The notes under the pieces: generated by a model
Told to the model about the DNA's origin: nothing
The model's input: only the letters and a program-made list of their open reading frames with translations
The model's database searches: none
Made by a program: the position numbers and the translations under genes
Shown here: piece after piece, positions 37,847 through 47,322 of the stretch
How the letters are laid out: each line of letters begins with the position of its first letter
Numbering within the stretch: the first letter of the stretch is position 1
Assembly (NCBI GenBank): GCA_024275115.1
Contig: JAJRZT010000065.1
Span: forward strand, 4,955-68,954
Direction of reading: 5' to 3'
Length of the DNA: 64,000 nucleotides
From: Gammaproteobacteria bacterium
Lineage (GTDB): Bacteria > Pseudomonadota > Gammaproteobacteria > UBA6429 > Thiohalophilaceae

Positions 37847-37945
37847 CGTCAACGGGGTATGCACCCCGCTGACGACCAAAGGGGAGAGCTCCGCTTCTCC
37901 CCTTTGGAAACCCCAACGGTTTTGTGCCCGCCGCAAGCGGACGGG
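37847..37945 (+). repeat. Three consecutive GC-rich hairpins in the soeB-soeC spacer (REP-like or mRNA-processing element)
   Basis: Three stems: GTCAACGGGG-tatgca-CCCCGCTGAC (1 mismatch), CCAAAGGGGAGA-gctccgct-TCTCCCCTTTGG (perfect 12 bp), and CCCGCCG-caag-CGGaCGGG (bulged). Confidence 0.6.
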
Positions 37946-38019
37946 GAATTTAGATTTAACTTTAATATATTTTGTTGGTCAGAGCGGCCAGCTGATTTAG
38001 AAACAGAGGAACAAACACA

Positions 38020-38997
38020 ATGAATCCCGCATTCAGTGTCATATTTTTAACAACTTTAATTGGCGTTGGCCAGGGCTTATTTTTAGCCTTATTCACAGGA
38101 CAAAGTTACTCCGCCGTTAAATTACTTCCGGCTGCGACCAGCGTCGAGTTTTACAGTATTGGTGGTCTGATTGCGCTGCTGTTTTTAGTCGGTGGGCTGA
38201 TTGCTTCATTCTTCCACCTTGGCCATCCGGAACGTGCATGGCGTGCAGCGGCGATGTGGCGCACCTCCTGGTTATCGCGTGAAGTGCTCGCTCTACCCGC
38301 CGTCATGGGCTTACTGTTTATTTATGCTCTTATGCATTATATGGAATGGGATATCGTGCTATTTACCAGCGAAGCCGGTGCCGAGCTTTCTGTTTCACTT
38401 ATCGTGGGCATCTTAGGTATGCTGGCAACTTTTGCATTGTTCTTATGCACCGGCATGATTTACGCCTGCATTAAATTTTTACAGGAATGGCATACCCCAC
38501 TTACCGTTATTAACTACACCTTGCTCGGCACCGCTTCCGGTTTTGTATTAGCAACGGCATTCGCAACTTACACTGCGCCGGGCTTGCTTAAGTTCTTCGG
38601 CATATGGTCGATTATTATTACCCTCACAGCTTTAATTACTCGTGTTGCATCTTTATTACGTAACCGCAACATTAAATACAAATCATCAGCACAAACCGCC
38701 ATTGGTGTGCGCCATACCAAAGTAAAACAAATTGCAATGGGCATGATGGGCGGTTCGGTTAACACTCGTGACTTTAATCATCATATGTCTGCATTGTTTT
38801 TTAAATCCATTAAATGGGTTTTTCTGGTGCTGGTTTTTGTTGTTCCAAGTATCTTAATCTGGGCGGGCATCGAAGAGGCTAATCGTACGCTGCTATTCAG
38901 TGCTTTTATCGTGCAGTACATTGGTTTAATTGCCGAGCGTTGGTTTTTCTTTGCACAGGCGAATCATCCACAAAATATTTACTATCAAACTGTTTAA
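38020..38997 (+). CDS. soeC: NrfD/DmsC-type polytopic membrane anchor (SoeC-like)
   Basis: 325 aa with about 8 hydrophobic helices and no haem-binding motif noticed. It is the third gene of the Mo-enzyme operon. Confidence 0.65.
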   Translation: MNPAFSVIFLTTLIGVGQGLFLALFTGQSYSAVKLLPAATSVEFYSIGGLIALLFLVGGLIASFFHLGHPERAWRAAAMWRTSWLSREVLALPAVMGLLFIYALMHYMEWDIVLFTSEAGAELSVSLIVGILGMLATFALFLCTGMIYACIKFLQEWHTPLTVINYTLLGTASGFVLATAFATYTAPGLLKFFGIWSIIITLTALITRVASLLRNRNIKYKSSAQTAIGVRHTKVKQIAMGMMGGSVNTRDFNHHMSALFFKSIKWVFLVLVFVVPSILIWAGIEEANRTLLFSAFIVQYIGLIAERWFFFAQANHPQNIYYQTV

Positions 38998-39008
38998 ACT
39001 GCATTAAA

Positions 39009-39040
39009 GCGTAGCCTGTTTGCTCTCTGGCAGGCTACGC
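39009..39040 (+). terminator. Hairpin after soeC, a possible terminator
   Basis: GCGTAGCCTG-(12 nt)-CAGGCTACGC, a perfect 10-bp stem. The T-tract is weak. Confidence 0.45.
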
Positions 39041-39151
39041 ATTTCCCCCACCTGCCCCAGGATGAACTTAATCGCATATTGCGATGTCTATGGTACAATC
39101 AAAATATGATCCAGGAACAGCCCATTACCAATATATCAAAAGAGCTACCTT

Positions 39152-40114
39152 ATGAAAAAACACAGCGTTTTTATTTCTGTTTTCTTTTTGATTTTTAGTC
39201 TTAACGTACAAGCGGGTAGCATAGAAAAAAAATATCCGACCGTTGATGTTGATTTAAAAGCCGTTAAAGTATCCAAACACGTTTACTTTGTTCAGGGTAA
39301 GGCCGGCATTGCCACCGACAACGCAGGCTTTATTTCTAATGCTGGCTTTGTTGTAACCAATGAAGGTGTGGTTGTCTTTGATGCCTTAGGCACACCATCA
39401 CTGGCTGTAAAACTTTACAAAGAAATTCGAAAAGTCACCCAGCAACCCATTCGCTATGTGATTATGAGCCATTACCATGCCGACCATCTTTATGGCTTGC
39501 AGGTTTTTAAAGAACTCGGTGCAAAAGTTATTGCACCACAAGGTGCGCGTGTTTATCTTGCATCGGATGTATCGGATAATTTATTAGCAACACGGCGTGT
39601 CGACCTTGCTCCATGGGTAAACGAGTCAACCCATCTTGTTCCGGCCGATCAATATATCAGCACGGAATACAAATTTAGTTTAGGTGGTATTCAGTTTAAA
39701 ATAACCCCGCTGGGTAACGCCCATTCAGAAGGTGACTTAACCTTGTTGGTTGAACCGGATAATGTTTTATTTTCAGGCGATTTAATATTTGAAGGGCGTA
39801 TTCCTTTTGTTGGCCAGGCGAATATTTTTAACTGGCTAAAAGCGCTGGAAACAATGCGCAATGTTAATGTTTCGGCTGTTTTGCCCGGCCATGGCCCGTT
39901 AGCAAAAGATCCCAATGCTTTAATCAATATGACCTATAACTACCTGTCACTTCTTAAAAATACCATGCAAACCGCCGTTGAAAACTGGACCCCATTTGCC
40001 GAAGCCTATGCACAAATAGACTGGGGGGATTATATGTTCCTGCCCGCCTTTGATGCAGCGAATAGAATGAATGCTTATAATGTCTTTTTATTTATGGAAA
40101 GAACGAACCAATAA
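39152..40114 (+). CDS. Secreted MBL-fold metallo-hydrolase
   Basis: It has a signal peptide and an HxHxDH motif (SHYHADHLYG). Confidence 0.75.
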   Translation: MKKHSVFISVFFLIFSLNVQAGSIEKKYPTVDVDLKAVKVSKHVYFVQGKAGIATDNAGFISNAGFVVTNEGVVVFDALGTPSLAVKLYKEIRKVTQQPIRYVIMSHYHADHLYGLQVFKELGAKVIAPQGARVYLASDVSDNLLATRRVDLAPWVNESTHLVPADQYISTEYKFSLGGIQFKITPLGNAHSEGDLTLLVEPDNVLFSGDLIFEGRIPFVGQANIFNWLKALETMRNVNVSAVLPGHGPLAKDPNALINMTYNYLSLLKNTMQTAVENWTPFAEAYAQIDWGDYMFLPAFDAANRMNAYNVFLFMERTNQ

Positions 40115-40152
40115 ATAATTTAGCGTTTCTAAATCACCCGTATAAATTAGAC

Positions 40153-40779
40153 TTAAAACTTATAACGCAAACCCAGTGCCCAGGCATTTGATGCACCATG
40201 CACACCGTCAAATAATCCAAACACACCTGAACGATGATGAATCCGCAACACCACTTGCCAATTTTTATTTTCAGGGTGAGCAAAGGTTGTTTCAAAAGCA
40301 AGAAAATTTAATAACCTCGTTGCACGCTCATGATTATCGGCTTCAAACTGAGGGGTAACAGTTGTGTATGAAAGTCCTTCTCCAAGTGCAAAGCTCATAT
40401 CAATAACATTGTCCCAGAACATATCCGCCAAACGTATAAAAATAGCAGCTGTATACTCTTTATATTTTTCTACTCCCTGATGTTTTGCAAATTGCCCTTC
40501 AAATTCAATATCAAACTGTTTAAACGAATTAATTTTTCTTGCCACCGCCAAAGAAATAAAATTCTGATTGCTGGGGAAATCGGCACTAAACAGTATCGTG
40601 TCAGTGGTTGTGTCCGCCGTCTTTGTTGCAACAAAAAATGAGACGGACCAGATATTTTCTGTGGCAACGCTATCTGTGGCAAAACTACTATGCATCCCCA
40701 AAAAAAATACCGCGGCAATAAGCAGGCTGTAAACACCCGCTGTATAGTTAGATTTTATCGAAAAAAGCATATATTTCAC
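40153..40779 (-). CDS. Outer-membrane beta-barrel protein, possibly PagL/acyloxyacyl-hydrolase-like
   Basis: It has a signal-like N-terminus, alternating beta pattern and a C-terminal ..LGLRYKF. The ..IHHRSGVFG.. segment is reminiscent of the PagL family. This assignment is weak. Confidence 0.4.
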   Translation of the reverse strand: MKYMLFSIKSNYTAGVYSLLIAAVFFLGMHSSFATDSVATENIWSVSFFVATKTADTTTDTILFSADFPSNQNFISLAVARKINSFKQFDIEFEGQFAKHQGVEKYKEYTAAIFIRLADMFWDNVIDMSFALGEGLSYTTVTPQFEADNHERATRLLNFLAFETTFAHPENKNWQVVLRIHHRSGVFGLFDGVHGASNAWALGLRYKF

Positions 40780-40915
40780 CTTAATATAATTACCTTTTAA
40801 TATTCAACAACTTAGCACCTTCCCGTTAGTATATTTAACCCTGTTCCGCTTAAGTTTACTCTGGGACTGCCGATATACTGAAATAGAAGTATGACGTAAA
40901 AACAGGTGCAGCAGT

Positions 40916-41338
40916 ATGGCTATCGATAAAACACTTTATGACCGCCTCGGTGGCAAACCAACCTACGTAACAGTACACAAAATATTTTATGACAAAGCCT
41001 ATGCCCATCCCTGGCTAAGTCGCTACTTTACAGACAAACCCCAGGAACTGCTGGAAAACCAGCAAACGGATTTTATGATTCAGCTAATGGGCGGGCCAAA
41101 ATGCTATTCGGGTAAATCGCCCAAGTCAGCTCACCAGCATATCCTGATCACCGATGAACTTTTTGAGCTGCGGGCACAAATGCTTTCGGAATCCATCACC
41201 GAAGCCGGCATCAGCGATGAATTAAGAGACGAATGGTTAGCTGCAGATGCCACTTTCCAACGTGCACTGGTAAAAACATCAGAAGATGAATGTGTGCGGG
41301 CTTACCCAACCCAGCCTGTCCTTAATTTTCAACGCTAA
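40916..41338 (+). CDS. Truncated (2-on-2) globin family protein
   Basis: LYDRLGGKPTYVTVHKIFYDKAY..., ..QTDFMIQLMGGP.., ..HQHILITDELF... Confidence 0.7.
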   Translation: MAIDKTLYDRLGGKPTYVTVHKIFYDKAYAHPWLSRYFTDKPQELLENQQTDFMIQLMGGPKCYSGKSPKSAHQHILITDELFELRAQMLSESITEAGISDELRDEWLAADATFQRALVKTSEDECVRAYPTQPVLNFQR

Positions 41339-41503
41339 AAGTAAATGCTGCTGAATACAAGCTTCATCCCCTTGCAGATTTTCAAACAAAACCTTCACAT
41401 TTCCGCTATCAATTTCCTAAAATCGTTCCGTATATTGTGAAATACACTAACTATTTTTAGCCATACCGCTTACAATCAACACATATTTCAAGATATCACA
41501 ACA

Positions 41504-42802
41504 ATGAACAACTTAGACTTATTGCAAAAATTTTTGTCCGATAAATTACAAACTATTCTGGTTGTTGATAGTGCATGGCAACTGGCCGTTTTGTTTATCG
41601 CGTTTATTATTGCCTGGAAACTGAATAGTCACTGGAACAAGCGCTTAACCGCGCACCTCGGTGAAGAAGAGCAACATGGCATTTCCCGTTTTTTATTGCG
41701 GGGCTCCGGTTACCTTGTCTTTCCTGTTATTACTCTGTTGTTTATTTATATCGGTGTTATCGGTTTGCAGTTCTATAATATTGCAACCCCGCTTCTTGAT
41801 GTCATTATTCCATTGCTGCTGTCACTTGCCGCTATTCGTGTATCGGTATACAGCTTAAGGCGCGCCTTTACCAAAACCCGCAATTTACGCACATGGGAAG
41901 GTTTTATCAGTATCAGTATCTGGGGACTGGTTGCGCTGCATTTACTCGGCTGGTTACCAGACATACTCAGCGCACTAGACAGCGCGGCAATTACCTTTGG
42001 TGATAATCGCGTATCTATTCTGTCTGTTAGTAAATTTATCATTATTGCGGGTATTTATATTGTTGCCGCTCGCTGGCTTGCGATGTTAATTGAACAACGT
42101 ACCCAGCGTTCAAAAGTGATTAGCTCCAGCATGCAAGTGGGCTTAAGCAAGTTTGCAACGGTCGCCTTATACAGCATTGCAATCATTATTGCTCTAAACA
42201 GCGTGGGCATCGATCTAACAACGTTAACCGTGTTTGGTGGCGCAATTGGTGTGGGCCTAGGCTTTGGCTTAAAAAGTATTGCGAGTAATTTTATTAGTGG
42301 TTTTATCTTGCTGTTTGATCGTTCGATTAAACCTGGTGATGTCATCAGCATTGGCGACCGGTTTGGCTGGGTAGTGGCCCTGCATGCCCGTTATATTGTT
42401 GTTAAAGATAGGGACGGGGTAGAAACGCTCATTCCAAATGAAAATATTATTACCTCGGAAGTGACAAACTGGAGTTATAGTGATAAGCATGTACGTGTAA
42501 AAATTCCCGTTCAAGTGAGTTACAACGATGATGTTGAACAGGCTATGCAACTCATGCTCGATGCCTGTCATATTTCTCCACGTGTATTAAAAACACCTGA
42601 GCCAACCGTTCGGCTAACAAACTTTGCTGATAATGGTATCGAACTTGAGCTAAGGCTTTGGCTTGATGACCCTGAACAGGGGGTTGGCAGTGTTAAGTCC
42701 GATATTAACCTTGCTATATGGAAAGCATTTAAAGAAAATTCCATCACCATTCCATTTCCACAACGCGATGTTCATCTTATAAAAGATGCACTTGCTGACT
42801 AA
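41504..42802 (+). CDS. MscS-family mechanosensitive channel
   Basis: It has multiple N-terminal TMs, the pore helix ..FGGAIGVGLGFGLKSIASNFISGFILLFDRSIKPGDVI.., and a beta domain. Confidence 0.85.
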   Translation: MNNLDLLQKFLSDKLQTILVVDSAWQLAVLFIAFIIAWKLNSHWNKRLTAHLGEEEQHGISRFLLRGSGYLVFPVITLLFIYIGVIGLQFYNIATPLLDVIIPLLLSLAAIRVSVYSLRRAFTKTRNLRTWEGFISISIWGLVALHLLGWLPDILSALDSAAITFGDNRVSILSVSKFIIIAGIYIVAARWLAMLIEQRTQRSKVISSSMQVGLSKFATVALYSIAIIIALNSVGIDLTTLTVFGGAIGVGLGFGLKSIASNFISGFILLFDRSIKPGDVISIGDRFGWVVALHARYIVVKDRDGVETLIPNENIITSEVTNWSYSDKHVRVKIPVQVSYNDDVEQAMQLMLDACHISPRVLKTPEPTVRLTNFADNGIELELRLWLDDPEQGVGSVKSDINLAIWKAFKENSITIPFPQRDVHLIKDALAD

Positions 42803-42807
42803 ATCTG

Positions 42808-43392
42808 CTATTCAAAATCATTAACTAAAGCTTGCTGTGTATTACTGTCAATAGGTGATACCTTCTGCATAAAGCCCTCATAATCAATGCCCATGGATAA
42901 AGCCTTACCTGACTTGAGTGCCGCAATCATTTCATCGCTAAACTCAAAACGCATAAAATGCACCGCGGATGTTTTTTCATCCCGATTTCTATCCATGTCT
43001 TCATCGGCAATCGCATAGACCTTATCGAAGCCTTCCACCTGTATCCAGACTTTTTCCTCGATACCACCAAGTGTTTCGAGTACACGCTGGCGTTCTTCTG
43101 CATCTGAATATTCAATCATAAAGGTTGCTTTGAGATTTTTACCCTCAGGTATTAACGGGTTATAGGCTGACAGTTCTTCATTAATGCCATCGGCTTCAAA
43201 GATTTTCTCAATACGTAGCATTTCCTGTATTTGATACTGAATCGTCATACGATCTTCAAAATATAAAGTCGCATTCTCACCTAATGCAACCTGGCGGTTT
43301 TTTTTGTGCTCTAATACGGATGCTCGATAATCCTGCCTTTTGTTTGCATATTCTTCTAAAGAAAATAAATCATCACGGGTTAAATTTTTCAT
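42808..43392 (-). CDS. DUF3501-like protein
   Basis: 194 aa. The assignment is from memory of the conserved rubrerythrin/FeS-CCG/DUF3501 gene trio. It needs an HMM check. Confidence 0.5.
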   Translation of the reverse strand: MKNLTRDDLFSLEEYANKRQDYRASVLEHKKNRQVALGENATLYFEDRMTIQYQIQEMLRIEKIFEADGINEELSAYNPLIPEGKNLKATFMIEYSDAEERQRVLETLGGIEEKVWIQVEGFDKVYAIADEDMDRNRDEKTSAVHFMRFEFSDEMIAALKSGKALSMGIDYEGFMQKVSPIDSNTQQALVNDFE

Positions 43393-43412
43393 GCTGTTTC
43401 TCTGTCTCTAAC

Positions 43413-44741
43413 TTAAATGGCGTAAGCTTTTCTTAATAAGCTAAGCGGGTGTGTCGGCGCTACGGAACCGTCATTCAGCCCGTTTTCTATTTGATGCCCG
43501 GCCATCGGGCAGTCACTGGAATAATAATCTGCTTCAAACTGTTTAACCTTATTCACTACCGGCCGGGCGATTTTCATGGATATTTTATGGAATTCAACTT
43601 TTACTGCATAGGTACCGTCATGGCCGGAACAGCGTTCAATCGGCAGTACTTCGGTGTCAGGAATAAGCTGAAGGAGATCGCGGGTTTTCATACCTATTTT
43701 TTGTACTCGTAAATGACAGGCCACCTGATAGGCGATTTTGCCAAGTGGTTTTTTAAAGTCGATCTTTAGCTTGTCTTCTTTGTGGCGTAGCATTAAGTAT
43801 TCAAACGGATCAAAAAATGCCTGTTGTACTTTTTGAACATCTGCATTCTCAGGAAACATTAATGGTAACTCCTGTTTAAACATCAACACACACGACGGTA
43901 CGGCGGCAACAAGGTCAAAACCATCATCCACTAATTTGGCAAGCACAGGAATGTTTACCTGCATGGCTTTTTCGACTGCTTGCAGGTCACCTAATTCCAG
44001 CTTTGGCATACCGCAACATTGTTCTTTTTCTGCAATCGTTGTTTGAATACCATTGTGTTCAAAAACAGCAACCAGATCATCATTAAGTTGTGGCTCATTG
44101 ACATTACAATAGCAGGTTGCAAATAAAGCAACTTTGCCGGTTGTTTTGTTACCGGCATCAACCGTTATAACCTGGCTGCCTTTATAACGGGAGCGGAACG
44201 ATGAACTATGGTATTCGGGTAAAACCGCATCGGCATGCACACCTAAAACAGACTGTAATACTTTACGTGCTGATTTTAGTTTATTAATAAAATTAACCGT
44301 TTGAGCAACAACCGGTGTACCGACCAGCTTGCCAACCGTATCGGTTGCCGATAATAATTTATCTCGGGAGGATGCGCCCTGCTGTTTAAACTTAACAGCT
44401 TTGGCGCGTAACATCACATGGGGAAAATCAAGGTTCCATTCATGCGGTGGCACATAGGGGCACTTGGTTAAATAACAAAGGTCACACAGATAACAGTGGT
44501 CGACCACTTTCCAGTAGTCCTGTTTTTCAACGCCGTCCACTTCCATGGTATTGGACTCATCGACCAAATCAAAGAGTGTCGGGAAAGCATTGCATAAACT
44601 CACGCAGCGACGGCAACCATGGCAAATATCATACACGCGCTCTAGCTCATTGAATAAAGCGCCCTCATTATAAAATTCCGGATTTTTCCAATCGAGAGGA
44701 TGACGCATTGGAGCTTCTAAACTGCCTTCACGAGGAGCCAT
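43413..44741 (-). CDS. HdrD/GlpC-like iron-sulfur protein (2x[4Fe-4S] plus CCG domains)
   Basis: CHGCRRCVSLCNAFP and CYLCDLCYLTKCPYVP, followed by CCG-type motifs (..EQCCGMP.., ..CSGHDG..). Confidence 0.8.
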   Translation of the reverse strand: MAPREGSLEAPMRHPLDWKNPEFYNEGALFNELERVYDICHGCRRCVSLCNAFPTLFDLVDESNTMEVDGVEKQDYWKVVDHCYLCDLCYLTKCPYVPPHEWNLDFPHVMLRAKAVKFKQQGASSRDKLLSATDTVGKLVGTPVVAQTVNFINKLKSARKVLQSVLGVHADAVLPEYHSSSFRSRYKGSQVITVDAGNKTTGKVALFATCYCNVNEPQLNDDLVAVFEHNGIQTTIAEKEQCCGMPKLELGDLQAVEKAMQVNIPVLAKLVDDGFDLVAAVPSCVLMFKQELPLMFPENADVQKVQQAFFDPFEYLMLRHKEDKLKIDFKKPLGKIAYQVACHLRVQKIGMKTRDLLQLIPDTEVLPIERCSGHDGTYAVKVEFHKISMKIARPVVNKVKQFEADYYSSDCPMAGHQIENGLNDGSVAPTHPLSLLRKAYAI

Positions 44742-44822
44742 AGGAGATACCCTTTGATTTAATAATGAGACTTAAATTATCGCTCCAGCCATCAGGAAAT
44801 GATGGCCAGAGAAACAACGAGT

Positions 44823-45242
44823 TTAATCGTCCAGATTATCTAATGCTTTCTGGAACCGATTAGCATGTGAACGTTCTGCTTTGGCCAGCGTTTCAAACCA
44901 GTCTGCAATTTCATCGAAATTTTCTTCACGTGCCGCTTTCGCCATACCCGGGTACATGTCGGTGTATTCATGTGTTTCACCGGCGATGGCAGCTTTAAGG
45001 TTGTCGCTGGTTGAACCAATCGGTAGACCGGTTGCTGGGTCGCCACTTTCTTCCAGATATTCCAGATGACCGTGCGCATGGCCCGTTTCGCCTTCGGCGG
45101 TTGAACGGAAAACAGTCGATACATCGTTATAACCTTCAACGTCTGCTTTTGCCGCAAAATATAAATAACGACGGTTCGCCTGTGATTCACCGGCGAAAGC
45201 GTCTTTCAAGTTTTGTTCTGTTTTACTTCCTTTTAAGGACAT
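44823..45242 (-). CDS. Rubrerythrin-family di-iron protein (no rubredoxin domain)
   Basis: [23 protein letters not shown] and ..[25 protein letters not shown].. (ExxH pairs). ATG 45242 has a GAGG RBS. Confidence 0.85.
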   Translation of the reverse strand: MSLKGSKTEQNLKDAFAGESQANRRYLYFAAKADVEGYNDVSTVFRSTAEGETGHAHGHLEYLEESGDPATGLPIGSTSDNLKAAIAGETHEYTDMYPGMAKAAREENFDEIADWFETLAKAERSHANRFQKALDNLDD

Positions 45243-45349
45243 AATGTCACCTCTTTTTGTTATCAATTGAAAAAATAGTCAACGTCAAAACGACTTTGCA
45301 TTCAGGTTGAAAAACTTACCCTAAATCCGGGCCAATAAGCTCAAAACCC

Positions 45350-45370
45350 AATTTAGAATCAGTCTAAATT
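45350..45370. promoter_or_regulatory. Perfect 8-5-8 palindrome AATTTAGA-atcag-TCTAAATT upstream of the rubrerythrin operon, a candidate operator
   Basis: Read directly. It lies about 110-130 nt upstream of ATG 45242. The cognate regulator is unknown. Confidence 0.3.
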
Positions 45371-45508
45371 GGTATGAAAAATAGCCCAGATAGGGTTGGG
45401 TGTCAAGTTAATTTAAATCGCAACCGGGAACCGGGCACTCCATTTAATAATAGTTCACCGATCACAATTAAAACACTGAGTTAGATCAATTTTAGGCAGA
45501 ATAAAACC

Positions 45509-45530
45509 GTTCAGCCTGTTCTGGCTGGAC
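45509..45530 (-). terminator. Possible terminator after ccmI
   Basis: On the minus strand: GTCCAGCC-agaaca-GGCTGAAC (1 mismatch), followed by GGTTTTATT. Confidence 0.4.
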
Positions 45531-45564
45531 GTGAAAAAAATTGGTTATGTTAGATTTCCGTTGT

Positions 45565-46833
45565 TTACGGTAATACCTTGTTAATAAGCACGGTCACCGA
45601 GTGGGTGTCTTTTACTGTTACTGGTTCTGACTGGCCCTGTGCGTCACCGCTTTCAGGTGTCGCCTGACCCGATTTGGAAACCCGGACAATAATATTAACT
45701 TCGGCAAAACTGGACAGCTTCATTGTCGGTTGCATTGCCATACTGTCGTCCAGCACGATTGTAAAAGGAAGGTCTTTTACCTGCTTGCGCACTATCGCCA
45801 ATGGCATTTTAGGGCCTTTGGCAGCACGCGCATACACCAGAACGAAGTCATCGGGCGATACCTTGCTCCTGATGTTGTCGGCTAACTTTACACTCACACG
45901 AATACTCGTGGCCGTAACATCGCCACTACCCGACTCAACAGGTACGGTAGGTTGCACTGCTTTTATCGTCGGCTCCAACCCCATTTTACGTTCAGCCGCA
46001 GCAATAAGTGACTGAATTTGTTCAACAGAGCGTGGCTCATTTGCAACAATGGGCAATAATTTTTTCCATAATTTAATTGCCGTTTTGCCATCGCCACTTT
46101 CAGCATAGCCTAAACCCGCCAACCATAAAGCCATTGGGTTATCCGGCTTTTTCTCCAATGCCTTTTTAATCAACTCAAAAGGTTCACCGGCCATACGCCC
46201 GCCACGCTCCATCGTCATTGCATCGGCCAGGGTAATCAGAACCGTAACATCATCGCCCACCAGTTGGCGCAAATGTTTTAATGCGGCTACGGCACGATCA
46301 TATTTTTTTAGTGACATATAAGTTCGAGCCAGGGTGTACCAGCCATCCTGATTGTCAGGATTTTTTTCCAGTTTTGACTCAAGCAGTAATGCCATCTCCT
46401 CAACCGAGCCAAGATGTTTTTTGCTGTCCACCTCTGTTGATGGCTGCACCTGCTGCATTGCCTGTGTATCCCGATTAATAGTGTCGGGTGTTCCCCATAA
46501 CCAGTACAAAGCCAGCGCCAGTAGAGGAATAACCGTAATAATGACATACGCACTGTTTTCAACTTTTGGTGAAGCTGTCTGCGCTGCTGCACTATCACGA
46601 ATATCTTCTAATAGCGACTTTTCAATTTCAGTTCGGGTTTGTTCAAATTCCTGCTGTGAAATTTCTTCCTGCTGTAGACGTAATTCCAGTTCGGTTAAAC
46701 GTTCTTTTGCTATCGCTGCATTTTGTGAATCTGTATCGTCCAGACTAACTGCACGTTTACCGAGTAACGCCGGTGTAATGAGCCATAACACCAGGATAAC
46801 AAGAAGTAAGGAAAAAAACATAAAGCCCATCAT
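45565..46833 (-). CDS. ccmI: Cytochrome c biogenesis protein CcmI (TPR)
   Basis: It has an N-terminal TM pair, TPR-like repeats and is the last gene of the ccm operon. Confidence 0.75.
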   Translation of the reverse strand: MMGFMFFSLLLVILVLWLITPALLGKRAVSLDDTDSQNAAIAKERLTELELRLQQEEISQQEFEQTRTEIEKSLLEDIRDSAAAQTASPKVENSAYVIITVIPLLALALYWLWGTPDTINRDTQAMQQVQPSTEVDSKKHLGSVEEMALLLESKLEKNPDNQDGWYTLARTYMSLKKYDRAVAALKHLRQLVGDDVTVLITLADAMTMERGGRMAGEPFELIKKALEKKPDNPMALWLAGLGYAESGDGKTAIKLWKKLLPIVANEPRSVEQIQSLIAAAERKMGLEPTIKAVQPTVPVESGSGDVTATSIRVSVKLADNIRSKVSPDDFVLVYARAAKGPKMPLAIVRKQVKDLPFTIVLDDSMAMQPTMKLSSFAEVNIIVRVSKSGQATPESGDAQGQSEPVTVKDTHSVTVLINKVLP

Positions 46834-47300
46834 GATGCATCATCCTTTTTTAATGTGCTCTGCAATAATCGTTGAGCACGTTGATGCTCCGCATCGCTTA
46901 GCTCAACAGAGCCAGCCTGGCTACGTTGCCTGATAACTCTAAACAATACAGTCATTGCTATCAAAAAAAAGATAAGCGGCCCCAACCATAATAAAAGAGT
47001 AATGGTTTTAAAGGGTGGCTTATACAAGACAAAATCACCATAACGTGCGACCATAAAATCAGCAATCTGCTGATTGCTTTTACCTTCTGAAATCATTTGA
47101 TAAACCTTGTCGCGCATATCTTTCGCCAGCTCAGAATTAGAATCTTTTAAATTCTGGTTCTGACAAACAAGACACCGTAGTTCATCAATTAATATATTAT
47201 AACGAGCTTCAAGCTCAGCTCGTTCGAACTGCCGAAATTCAACACCTGCATGAACCAGGTTTAACTGCAAAATCATAAATAAAACTATAAAAATACGCAT
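46830..47300 (-). CDS. ccmH: Cytochrome c biogenesis protein CcmH
   Basis: LRCLVCQNQNL motif, signal peptide and one TM. Confidence 0.85.
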   Translation of the reverse strand: MRIFIVLFMILQLNLVHAGVEFRQFERAELEARYNILIDELRCLVCQNQNLKDSNSELAKDMRDKVYQMISEGKSNQQIADFMVARYGDFVLYKPPFKTITLLLWLGPLIFFLIAMTVLFRVIRQRSQAGSVELSDAEHQRAQRLLQSTLKKDDAS

Positions 47301-47322
47301 CGTGTTCTGTACCTGAAGTAAA

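Noticed and set aside
46352-46933. 193-aa plus-strand ORF across ccmI/ccmH, and similar ORFs at 49882..50310, 51476..51916 and 20807..21277
   Set aside because: They are antisense to well-supported ccm or czcA genes, have no RBS, and give low-complexity translations.
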